Shown here: positions 13,422 to 28,834 of the stretch, piece after piece
How positions within the stretch are numbered: the stretch's first letter is position 1
Layout: each line of letters begins with the position of its first letter
Origin: Octopus sinensis
Taxonomy: Eukaryota
DNA length: 64,000 nt
Direction: 5' to 3'
NCBI RefSeq assembly: GCF_006345805.1
Contig: NC_042998.1
Span: 83,576,001-83,640,000 of the forward strand
Translations under genes and position numbers: made by a program
Notes under the pieces: model-generated
Told to the model about the DNA's origin: nothing
What the model saw: only the letters and a program-made list of their open reading frames with translations
The model's database searches: none

Positions 13422-14493
13422 CTGAAAGGACAAAGGATAGAGGCTAGACTAATATGGACCACTTCTTCTTAGAGATAAAAATGGGATTGCATAGGGCCAA
13501 CACCCCCATCTAGAAATAGAGGTAGTTAACGAAACATTGATGACAATTAAAAACCACAAAAAAAAAAAATAGGAGAGGAAGGCCTTTCCTAAGAGAAATG
13601 AGGTGTAGCATAATCTGAAAGGAAGCTACAGGACCGACTCCCGTTCTGACCACCAGTAGAAAATCCCAAAATTAACCAACAAGGGAAGCGGAAGGAAATA
13701 ACTAGGAATGGGATCTTGAGACAGAGCTGAAAGAGCGGGGATCCAATTAGGCAGAAGAAAAGACAGCCCAGAGGTGAGAACAAGTTATCCTTAGCGTATG
13801 TTTTATAGGGAGTGAAAGACTTAAGTAGTAATACAAACATATATACAAATAAATGCATGCCCATACATTATAGACATATATGTATAGAGATATACATACA
13901 TATGTACCTCATATAATGAAACAAGTATATTATACATATGCTGTGTGTGTGTGTGTGTACGTATATTTACATATGGATATATATTATACACATACACACA
14001 CACATAAACACATATGCATGCATACATTTACACCTGCACATACGTAACAGTTGATTTTTACAAGGTAAACGTTGACAATAACTTCGAAGTCCCGGTTTAT
14101 TAACCGTCGGCAGATTGTCTGCTAAGTGTTAGTTAGACAACCGAAACTTCGCAGTCACAGTCGACCTTTCCTTTATAAAAAATTAATGAACACGGTACTC
14201 AACTAAAAAGGCACCGAGTAATTTCCCAATTTAATGTTCATCTGTTTTTATATCTAACTTTACACAAAAACAAAGAGTACATATATATATTTAGCTGATA
14301 CAGTACATACAAACATACATATAACGTGATAACATAATAGAACTAAAATTGATTTTCGTCTTTGTTTTGCTCGCAGAGAAATACATAACATTCTTCCAGC
14401 GAAGTGGTAAATATGCAATCTCGATATTGGACATGCATGACAACAATATCAACATCCAAACAGTAAAACATTTATATATAAATCTATACACAC

Positions 14494-14549
14494 CTATTCC
14501 TGTTTTCATCTTCAACATCAGGCGATGACGATGTTCCAGCTTCGCTCAT
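14494..14549 (-). CDS. Candidate first coding exon of an unidentified host gene (MSEAGTSSSPDVEDENRN)
   Basis: caatcaaacATG context, non-repetitive 5'UTR-like sequence to about 14880, donor AG|gtgtgt; the unspliced frame stops 4 codons later. Confidence 0.4.
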
Positions 14550-14892
14550 GTTTGATTGTTTATAAATTTTTCGCAAATATTTTTAGGGGTGGAATTGAAC
14601 AAAACAAAATAACAAATAACAATCTAAGCTGCCTTCTTTTGGTAAACCTCACCAGTTTTACCGCAAGTTTTCTTTGTTAAATAAATGATTCCGTCTCTTG
14701 TTCGGCCAGCAATTTCTGTATTTATATCCGATCGGATGAGAAGATGTTAATGTGATGGTTGTATGAATTAAACACGCACTGACTAGTAAGAAGGAGTAGC
14801 AACAAAGCTAGCAATATACATTTCAACCGTCACTCCACACCCTCCTCTTCCTCCGCCTCCTCTTTATTGTTGCTCTTCGCATGGGACACGCG

Positions 14893-14906
14893 GCGCCCCC
14901 TGGTGT
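14893..14906 (-). promoter_or_regulatory. CTCF-like motif in a small CpG-rich promoter-like patch
   Basis: Minus strand ACACCAGGGGGCGC versus canonical CCACCAGGGGGCGC. Confidence 0.55.
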
Positions 14907-15550
14907 CTTCCTACAACACTAACTAAACAACCGCGCCGTTATTTATTTAAATCATTTTAAAGTTATTTTAAAGTTTTTTTTCTTCTTATTTTGTTAATTG
15001 TCTGTAATTGTCAAGTTGTTATTGATGCTGTAATTGTTATTTGTCGGTGTTGTTAGTATGTGCTTTACTCTTATGTCGTCTTTAATCTCGTATTTTGTGT
15101 AGTGGAGTGCAACGATAACCCAATATTTTGATCACTACGAACGGAATAAAATATACTACACACACACACACACATACATATACATATATATATATACCGT
15201 TCGTAGAAGTAATTGGAGAGACTAAACTTGGGTGTGTATACATTTTGGTAAATTTTCAGATTTGCAGCATATTAGGAGGTCAGGGTACTTGATTCCACGC
15301 AAAAAATCTGATTTTTGCGGGGTGAAAATTGTGCGGGTGTTAACCTGAAATCTGAAAATTTACCGTAGTATCTAAAGTATTAAGCTGATGCAAAAATATT
15401 TGCAGTTTTTCTTATTTTAAACACACGCGTTTATTTTGGGAAACTACGTTTATACCACGATGAAGCTGAAGTTTCAGTATAGTAATTTATTCTATCTTTC
15501 TTGCTTTATTTTTGTTTATTTCGGTAGTTTCTGTCATTTTATTATTATTA

Positions 15551-15602
<52 letters not shown>

Positions 15603-15682
15603 TATTATATTGGGGTAGCTTTGTGATTTGGCAGCTCGCTTTGCAACCCCTTGCTTCTGAGTTCAATCCCGCTACGTGACAC

Positions 15683-19385
<3,703 letters not shown>

Positions 19386-19702
19386 GACATCCTAAGCAAG
19401 TGTCTTCTTTAGTCCTGGGCCGACCATTGCTTTCTAAGGGAACTTGCTAGTGGAAACTGTTGCTGTTCTTGTGTTTACGTGTGGTGGTGGTGGTGGTGGT
19501 GGGGCTCTTTAACCTGTCTAAAATGTTATTAAATCTTTTTTTAATATAATCATTATTCTTGAGCGTTCAAATCACGCCGAGGTCAACATTGCTTTTCATC
19601 CTTTCGGGAACGACAAAATAAAGTACCACTCAATATTCGACTTGATGGTATTGACATAACCCTCCCCTCAAAATTGCTAGCCCAGTGCCAAAATTTGAAA
19701 CA

Positions 19703-19741
<39 letters not shown>

Positions 19742-19975
19742 GTTATTATTATTATTATTATTATTGTTATTATTATTTTATGTTTAACTTTCGCTTTACA
19801 TTTGTACAAGTTGGCTCCAAGTCTCACCCAGAGATTTCAAGAGACAAGTTAGACGTTGATGTTTGTGTTGTGCTTAGGGTGCCATATACTTGGTTTTGTA
19901 CATAGTGTTGTTCTAGAGAATGTTTAAGAAACCATAAGAAAATTATGTGTTTGTTTTAAAATTTGAGATTACATA

Positions 19976-22900
19976 TGTACTGTGATGGAGAAAAAAGACA
20001 ACAGAAAAAGAAGCAAAAAGGACAAAGAAATACAGAGACTTTACCTGTTGACCTAGGCGGGATGAGCGATCACTGTCAAGAAAAAACACGTCCTTGCACG
20101 CTGCCGTCTCTCATCGAACTATCCACACATGCTGCCGGCCCACGCATGCTCCCGTGGCTCTTCTGCCGGCCCCTGCAGTCTTCACTTCCGTTTACCTCAT
20201 CTGCAATCCTCTCCACCAACACTATATAGCTCATCACAGCCCATAACACCACAATCCCACCCCCCGATCTACAGATCATTCAACCGGCTTTCTCACTCAT
20301 TCCTCGCTCTCGAACTCACACCTTAACTGGTTTCATAATCAGTCAACCAGGGAGGAGGGTGTCGCTCCCTCTGTGGTCGCCGTGTGACCCAGCTACTGGC
20401 CTGAGTTCCTGGCATGCTGCTGCTGGCTTCATCATCTTGCCTACTGCTGCTGTCTTCATCTTCTTGCCCGCCACTGCTGGTTCCATCCTCTGAGGCATTG
20501 ACAGTCTTCCGCACACACAAAACATGGCGTGGCATACCATCGACAGAGACGTTGTTCTTCGAATTGATGGAGGTTATTGTTCCCTTTCCCCATCGTGATG
20601 TACACCGTGCGTTTGGGGATTTTATCAAAGAATTCTTCCCCGACCTGCACGACGGCGTGATCTTCCTTTGTCCCGGGTCGCATTGATGCAGTACATGGAT
20701 GCCTTCACTCGTACCTGAATATTGTCACACCGACTCCTCAGCCTGTCCTGTCCTGGGTGATATATTGTACCAAAGGACGGTCTCGATTGGTAAAATGTGG
20801 CCCCTCTCTGCCATAGTCTTGATTGTACGATGATGCCTTTCCACCACTCCATTTCCACTTGGCCGGTATGCCGCCTGAAGAAGCGGTTGACCTACCACCC
20901 ATCACGCATGTCTTTCAGCACCTCCGAGCGAAATGAGGTTTCATTATCCAGAAGCAGCTCATCCACGGGGCCTCGTTCCAGGAATATCTCATTTAGTATT
21001 AACACGATTTCCTCTGCGGTCCTCGTCTTCATCTCCCTCCATATGGCCAACCGTCCCGGTCCGCAATCAACCATTGAGAGGTATGTCCCCTGCCGGTAGT
21101 GTGTTATGACAACTGCCAATCGTTTTCAGTTGTGATCCACTGGAATACTTCCCGCCTCATGTACGTCCGGAGCAGGGTCGATGGACTGACACCTTCACAG
21201 CTGCTAACCACTCTCTGCACGCTCCGTCTTGTTACATCGGAGTCAACTCTTCTGACTAGGAACAATGCCCTGTCCACCCCCATGTGATGTATGGTATGCA
21301 ATCTTCTCAACTCCGAGTCACCCAGACGGCATACTGCAGCCACAGCCTGCTCTGCATCCTCTGGCACCTGCAACCAGGCTCGCTTTACCCTGGTCTGGAC
21401 GTCTGCCCTGTTCTCAGAAGGCACAAAGATCACGCTCAGCTTCAGATCGAACTCAGCGGTTAGTTCACGCAGTATCCCCAATCGACGCTTTACCAACATC
21501 TCAGCAGGTCCTTTGGTTCATACACCCCGCTCATTGATGATGACTGCTGTCACTCAACAAAGTACAGTGACCGAATCGGTCCTAATTTCTATGGTGCGCA
21601 GCCCTCACTTCAAATCTAGATTCACTCCCTTCGACACGGCATCCAGCTCCGCCACATTTATATGGTTGCAGTTATCCGTCTTCCTGAGCCAGACTGCATC
21701 TTCCACCACGACGCCTCCCACTTCCAAGACAACCCCTATTGTGATGCTACTGGTGTCACACCATACGATCTCGCTCTTTGATTTGGGAACATACCAATTG
21801 TCCCTCACTGGATCCTCTGCTCTCACTTTGACCAAGACTTCCTGTATCATGTCGGTCGTCTTCTCCCCCACTCTATCGTTCCACTTCGCTCCTTCGGCTC
21901 GTCTCTTGATGAAGCTACATGCTATTCAGAGCCACCCTGCAATCGAATAGTGTCCCACCAGCTTCCCATACACTGAGAACAGTTCCCGTCTACTCATGCT
22001 GGTGCCCAGTTCGGGGATTTCGTTCCCTCGCCGGAACACCAACGCGCCGGCCTTGTCTCTCCATAGCTTGAGGCCCAGCGCAGCACCTCCCTCCATCGCT
22101 TCTGGTGGCTTGGCGATGAGTCCAAAACTCTTCAGGTGGCCTATGACCTCCGTTGCTGGCATTACGTCATCCACCAGGATGTCATCAATGTACAAATTGG
22201 TGGCCCTTTTTAACCTTTCCCATGATGGCCTTGAGAATTGTTGCCATAATCTTTGGCGCTGAATTTAGCCCGAACCCCAGCCTGGTCAGACAGTATGTCC
22301 GGCCCTTATACCTGACAAGCTGATACTTCCACAGTCTCTCAGCCACATGCACCTGCAGGTATGCCGACCTCAAATCGACGATCGTGGAGGCCTCTGTCAT
22401 TTGCCTCCACTCTCGCAAGGTGTCCCCGCAGACATATGTGGCCTCGCCGCCTGTATTCAGCTCTCGGAAGTCAAGCACTGGCCTGACCTTATGCTTTGTG
22501 GGCTGTATCACCGCCATCAGCGGCAGGACTCCGCTCTCTACTTCTTCTTCCCAAGGGATCAATATGCCCTCCTTAATCCACCGCTCCACCTCCCCCTCGA
22601 ACTCACTTCTGCCATCTCCTTTCAGAGTATGCTGATAGCACCCACTTTATTTTTTAACGTCGAGGGCTCTCCCTTCCAGTGCCACTCCACTGTCCACCTC
22701 TGGCCATTGAAGACAGCACGAAAGACCCGGTCTTCAATGGTGTATGCAGCATACTTTTCTTCGCGGTTCTCACCAATGCACGGTCTCGCCATACACGGTT
22801 TCCCCGCAAACCCGAACATTATACCGGCCTTGTTGATAGTGACACCTCCTAAACGGGTGATTGCATCCATCCCCATCACCACGGCAATCTCGTCCACCAA

Positions 22901-24211
22901 GTGGCCAACCACAATTACTCGCAGCGTTAGCTTTGTTCTCTGCACCACAATCTGCGCATCTGTAATGCCTTCACAGTGTACCTCTCTTCCGTCGACTGCC
23001 CTTATACTGCTTTCTCCACTCCATGTCTCTGCCACTTCTGGAGTTATCAGGGTCGTCATACAGCCCGTGTCCACAAGGGCTCGCAAGATCTTCCCCTCCA
23101 CCAGAATGTCGACTACAGGTAACGATAAACGCGCTTCTATTGATCCGAAGGGATAACTACCGGCGCAGTAGTCTCCCTTAGACCGTTTCCCGGCAGACAT
23201 TCGCTGGCTATATGTCCCGCTTCTCGACACCGGTACCAAACGGCATCAGGCTTGAGTGACTTGCAGTCTCGTACCATAGGCGGGCCCTGACACTGGAAAC
23301 ACTGTCCTTTGAATGGTCGTACACGTTTCTTGTTTGACCCCTCTCCGCTGCTCCTTGCTCGGCCACTTTTCGTTGTTGCAGTCGCTACTACCGGCGTTGT
23401 CCTGCAATACGAAACTAGCACGCGAGCCCGAGATATAATGTCTGCCATCGCCATAGAGTTAATGTTCGGCAGCTTTTGCAACTCGACCGACATGTGGTCA
23501 GAAAAGCCAGTCACAAACGCTAACTTAACCGTTCGGTCCAGTGATTCGCCTTCATATCCCGCCAGTTTAGCCAATCTTCTGAGCTCATTCGTAAATACGT
23601 CGACCTGTTCGCCAGTTCACTTGCTTTCCTCAGACGAGCGTACGCTTCGAACATCCCTTCTGCAAAGGCCTCCATCAAACAGATTGCTATTTTTTCCGCG
23701 CTAAGCTAGTCCCTTTCTTCCATTTCTAGGTATAGCGCCAACGCCGAACCATCTAGGTACAGCGGTATAAAACTCGCTAAGTCGTTTACACCGTGGTGTT
23801 TCGCAACCAACTTTATCTTCTTCAACCGAGCGACTACATCCGTGTCACCGCAAAACAGTTTGACCACATCGTTCGAAATACGGACTACACTCATCATTCG
23901 TTTTTTTTCTTTTTCTTTTTAGTTATGGGCCGAAATAGCTTGTAGTGTGATAGAGGAAAAAGAAGCAAAAGGGAGAAAGAAATACAGAGAGGTTACCTGC
24001 TGACCAAGGCGGGATAAGCAATCACTGTCAAGAAAAAAACGTCCTTGCAAGCTGCCGTCTCTCTTCGAATTGCCAACTAGCACTTTTTGCCCACGCATTC
24101 CCCCGTGGATCTTCCGCCGGCCCCTGCAGTTTTCACTTCCGTTTACCTCATCTGCAATCCTCTCCACCAACACCACATCTCATCACAGCCCATAACACCA
24201 CAAACACCACA
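19976..24211 (-). mobile_element. Degenerate compact Gypsy-like LTR retrotransposon (element 2), about 4.2 kb
   Basis: LTRs 19976-20253 and 23941-24211; 5-bp TSD ACATA; PPT GGGGGGTGGGAT; gag with two CCHC-like knuckles, protease ALVDTGC, RT VDLRSAYLQ..GFGLNSAP..YIDD, RNase H WCDTSS..HINVAELDAV, integrase, all disrupted. Confidence 0.92.
23929..23940 (-). other. Primer-binding site of element 2, complementary to tRNA-Phe nt 1-12
   Basis: Plus strand GCCGAAATAGCT directly followed by LTR TGTAG. Confidence 0.75.
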
Positions 24212-24917
24212 ACATAGAAAGTGTCTAGTGTAGGATATGGGCAGTTCCGAGCACTATCTTTTGAATTTCTGCCATTTTAGGGTTTCCTGGTATCTGAGCT
24301 AGGTAGCAATCAGCTCCTTTTGCTATCATTCCTAAGGCACCTATGACAACAGGTATTGTTTTCGTCTTCAGGTTCCACATTTTGCTAATTTCTATTTCAA
24401 GATCTTTATACTTGTTCAGTTTTTGGTAGGTCTTGACAGATACGTTTATATCGATTGGGACAGTCATATCAATGAGGAGGCATGACTTTTTCCTGAAGTC
24501 ATTCAATATTATGTCTGGCCTATTTGCATCTATCTTTCTGTCAGTTCGAATGGTGAAGTTCCAGAGGAGTGGGATGTGATCATTTTCAAGTACTGGAGGT
24601 GGTTTGTGTTCCCACCAGTTTTTATAATGGGGTAAGTCCAGGTTTTTGCAAATTATGCAGCTCTATCATGCTTGTTGAGATACTCTGTAGGCGCAAGAAG
24701 ACTGCACATGGAGACAATATGATCAATGGTTTTTGTTGTTGACATACACGGCATGTTGGGAAGCTGCCGTTTTTTAATATGTTGGCTTGGAAGTTCTTTG
24801 TAGGTAGGTATTGATCTTAGGCTGCTACGATAAATCCTTCTGTTTCAGATTTTAAGCCAGGAGCCTTATTATTGTTGTTGCTGTTGTTGTTATCATCATC
24901 ATCATTATTATTAAAGT

Positions 24918-25300
24918 GGCAAGCCGCCAGTCATTAGCACGATAGACGAAATGCTTAGCGGTATTTCGTCTGCCGCTACGTTCTGAGTTCCAATTCCGCC
25001 GAGGTCGACTTTGCCTTTCATCCTTTCACGGTCGATTAAATAAATACCAGTTAGACACTGGGGTCGATATAATCGACTTAATCCGTTTGTCTGTCCTTGG
25101 TTTGTCCTCTCTGTGTTTAGCCCCTTGTGGGTAGTCAAGAAATATGTATTTCACCCGTCGCTACATTCTGAGTTCGAATTCCGCCAAGGTCGATTTACCT
25201 CTGATCCTTTCGGGGTCGATAAATTAAGTACCAGTGAAATCCTGGGGTTGATGTAATCAACTAATCCCCTCCCGTTAAACTCCAGGCCTTGTTCCTATAA
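24918..25300 (+). mobile_element. Cluster of SINE-like repeats (ttctgagttcaaattccgccgaggtcgactttgcctttcatcctttcggggtcgat family)
   Basis: Same family at 27060-27380, 43110-43420, 45485-46080 (minus), 59050-59125, 60385-60530. Confidence 0.75.
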
Positions 25301-25439
25301 CAGAAAGGATTATTATGATTGAGTGATATGTTTGCCGAAACTTCGGTTGAGTTAGGAAGCTAACTGTCATTATTACACAGTTTGGTATTTTTAAATTTCA
25401 TTTGCCTTCTGAACGAAGCTTTTTTTATGTTATCTTTTA

Positions 25440-26780
25440 GTCAGGAGGGACGATTGTGGCCATGACCGCTTACAGAGTTTCCCAGATTGCAGGGGCAGAA
25501 AGGGGAAAAGGTATCTTCAGACTAAAGACCCAACCCTAATGCTTGCAACAGAGATGACTCCTTTAAAGTCACCTAAGATGCTACGTAGAAGACTGAGCGA
25601 AGGATCAATTGTATCAACCAAGATTAAATGTGATAGATTTTGCAATAGAGAATGCAAATCGGTGTTGGTGTAGGGCAGGATTCATTACAGTGTAGGGAAT
25701 ACGAACGTACGTAAGGAGTTGGTGACAAATGTCTCCTTTTGAACGCCGCACGGTCGCCCCTAACAAAATAAGAAGCCAAATACATAATATAGAATACAGT
25801 ACTAAAAGGAATGAATGAAGGACAACAACCGTTCAACTGTTTGAGAGAGAAGACTTTATTTACAAAGTGTACAAAGAGCGAGTGTGTGAGTGCTAGTAAG
25901 GTGTAGTTTCTGAAAGCGTGCGACAAGTGTTTGTGTTTGTGTGTTCGTGTGTGCGACAGAAAGTGTATGCGTATAGAACAGAATATAGAACATAAGATGA
26001 ATGTCTCAGCATATTGAGTTAAGATGGAATTTGTTTACCAGTTCGTAAGTGAGGTACACGATAGCAAGTTCTATAACAAGATGTTGTGGACACGAGGCAG
26101 AGGCCGGTTGGGCACATGTCGTGCAGCGGTTGGGACTTCAATGCCGTGCCGAGTCTCTTGATACAGAAAGTTTTTTCAGGTAGACTGCAACTGTTTTACC
26201 TCGGTGAAATATTCACAAACAGGGTGTAGTTTAGACCTGGACGATGTTGATGTGTACATATTGCTGAAGTCGACGGAGATGGAAACGACGCAGAGTTGAA
26301 GGACGACGATGGTGATGGCGGCGACAGAGGAAGGCAACGTCGAGACGAAGGCGACGGAGAACGTCCTGTCTGTCGCTGGTGTATAATAGCGTCTTCATGG
26401 CTGGATCAGGAGCATGACTGACTGGTCGACTGTCGCTGGAACTGGAACACGGCTGAGTAGCTCGGTGGTCAGTGACTAGACCTTAGAAGGTCTAGAGCCA
26501 AAGACCCGAAATAATGAATGCTGGGCTTTTTATAGTGTTTAGGTGGCTCAAATGAAGGATCAGAAAAACCGTGTCACGAGACCTTATCCGAAGGCCGTGA
26601 TTGGTTGGCTTACACACTGGCGCGAAATAAGTCGAGAGAGACAAACCGCGCCAAATGCCAACCAATCAGAGTAGTGGACACAACAGGGTTAAACTAGCCA
26701 AAGATGGTTGTAATCTCATACAAGATTATTCTTAATGCGTCTTTCAAAAGTGAGGATATCAGTCACGCTACAACAGGAAC
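25440..26780 (-). other. LTR-like or stand-alone mini transcription unit (CCAAT x2, E2F-like x2, TATA, hairpin, 55-aa ORF, AATAAA)
   Basis: Motifs read directly; TGTTGTAGCG possible LTR start at 26776; other end and TSD not found. Confidence 0.45.
26231..26398 (-). CDS. 55-aa Arg-rich small ORF (MKTLLYTSDRQDVLRRLRLDVAFLCRRHHHRRPSTLRRFHLRRLQQYVHINIVQV)
   Basis: Hand translation; lies between TATAAAA (26528-26534) and AATAAA (25855-25860); coding status unproven. Confidence 0.25.
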   Translation of the reverse strand: MKTLLYTSDRQDVLRRLRLDVAFLCRRHHHRRPSTLRRFHLRRLQQYVHINIVQV

Positions 26781-28834
26781 TGCGCTGCGGGCTAACTAGG
26801 AAGTTGATCAGCAGCGAAAGGGACTTCCGGGAGAGTTAAACGAATCTGAATGAGCTAAACAGAAATAACTGGCGACTTAAGCCCTGGTGTACGCAAAGTG
26901 ATAAACATTTGATAAATGTATTCTCATCTCCACTAGTTTCTTTGCGTGTAGCTTAACAAAGATATATCGATATATTTATATTGCTTTGTAGAGAAAGGCG
27001 TCGTCCGCGAAAAGTCATATTGAGAAGAATGGGATTGTGAATTTCTATAAAAGTTCACAATCCCGAGGTCAACTTTGCCTTTCATCCTTTCGGGATCGAT
27101 AAATTAAGTACCATTTGCGTACTGGGGTCGATCTAATCGTCTGGGCTCCTACCACCAAATTTCGGGCCTTGTGCCTAGAGTAGAAAAGAAGCGTTAGCAC
27201 GCCGGGCAAAATGATTAGCAGTATTTCGTCTGTCTTTACATTCTGAGTTCAAATTCTGCCGAGACCGACTTTGCTTTTCATCTTTTGGGGGGTTGATAAA
27301 TTAAGTACCAGTTGCGTCCTGAGGTCGATCAAATCGACTGGCCCCCTCTCTAATAATTTTGGGCTTTGTGCCTAGAGTAGAAAAAAAAAGAATATTTACA
27401 TTCCTGTATTAATATACAAAAACCTAGCATCGAAATCTTTTGTAAACATCTAGAATTATTACGAACATTTTGTCACGGTTTTCTGGGGATCACTGTTGTT
27501 AAAACTTTGAATTCACCGTTATATCACGTTATTAACCTAAAGGGTTGTAGTGGTTAATGCGTGTGCATCAGGTGAACAGATGCAAAAGAAATATGTACGC
27601 ACATTCATAGTTAAAAATAATTTATTCACTGGACTTAATTTGTCGTTGGTACACATAACACAATGTAACACATGTATAGTTTATTTGTATTTTTTAATGT
27701 TCATACATGCATTTTTTGCCACTAAATTCAAAAATCACATTCGTTTTGACGTAACATCGATAGTTATATATTTATTCCTAATTTCATATTTGCTCGTTCT
27801 ATTTGTAAATTTTCTCTACAGCACTTTGTTGGTTCAATCTATTCTGTATTGTAAGGATAATTACACAACATTTAGTACTTTTTCATATATTGAAAGGTAT
27901 TTATGAAGTATAATATTAGAACAAAAAGAAACAATAAAACTCTGCACTGTAAATGCCTTGATAACTCTTTTCTTAAGATGAGAAGTGCTTTGACGATCGA
28001 GATTTTCTGGAGTGTTTACCTTCATCTCTTCTGACTAGAGACTGTAAGGAAATGTGAATATCTTCTCCGGACCTTTTGGGGGGATGCGAGAAGCAATCAC
28101 TTTCCGTTGCTTTTATATCCAGACTCTACCAGTCAAAGAAACACAAAACGCAGACGTAAAAAAATAGATATACTTTATTGTTTTATGGTGAGAGATCAGT
28201 GGTATATCTGATGTCCTTGGTTCTGGGCGCGCAAGGCTGAAAGTTAATCGATTGTAATATTTACAATGTTCAGCCGCTAAAAACAGAACGGGTCAAAAAT
28301 GGCGTCCGGAGGAAGAAGATGATGTTGACTGCAACAATTCAGGTTAAAAGTCTTCGGCCAAAAGACTGCTGCTATCAAAACCGGAGAGAGAGCGAATTAA
28401 ACGTCTGCTTCTATGAAAAGCCTGCCGCTGTCTGCCGGACGCTAATGGTCAACATTTACGCTCCCTTGCCTCTTTGTTAAGGCTCACGCTCCCTTGCCTC
28501 TTTGTTAAGGCTCGCGCTCCCTTGCCTCTATAAGCTAAGGCCACGTCAGCAAAATTCCCTCTTCCGGACTTCGTGTATTCGCGAGAGGGCGTTGCGCGCG
28601 CACGCTGTTGTACAGGATCACTACAAAGCTCCCCTCCAGTGCCTAAGCACGAACAACAATTCCTTGTAGTGACCATAAAACTCAAGGTGGACACCAGATA
28701 ACCAAAAATAGCACACAATATAACACATTAAACAGCAAAAAAAAAAATCACCTTAAAGGTAAAAAGAGAAAAATACTCAAAATGAGCAAAGTTCAATGAA
28801 TATTGAACTGTCACTGGGAAGTCAATTGAAAATG

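Larger units (their letters stand above)
19779..24865 (-). mobile_element. 5'-truncated R4/Dong-like (RLE) LINE, interrupted by LTR element 2
   Basis: GLKSETEGFIVAA, CRVC..TIDHI, RPDIILND..LIDMTVP..KLNKYKDL..IPVVIGALG (24217-24865); 3' UTR resumes at 19975; flanked by TAA-type microsatellites on both sides. Confidence 0.82.

Noticed and set aside
21291-23156. Long plus-strand ORFs (219 aa, 269 aa) over element 2
   Set aside because: Antisense shadows of pol sequence with no recognisable motifs.
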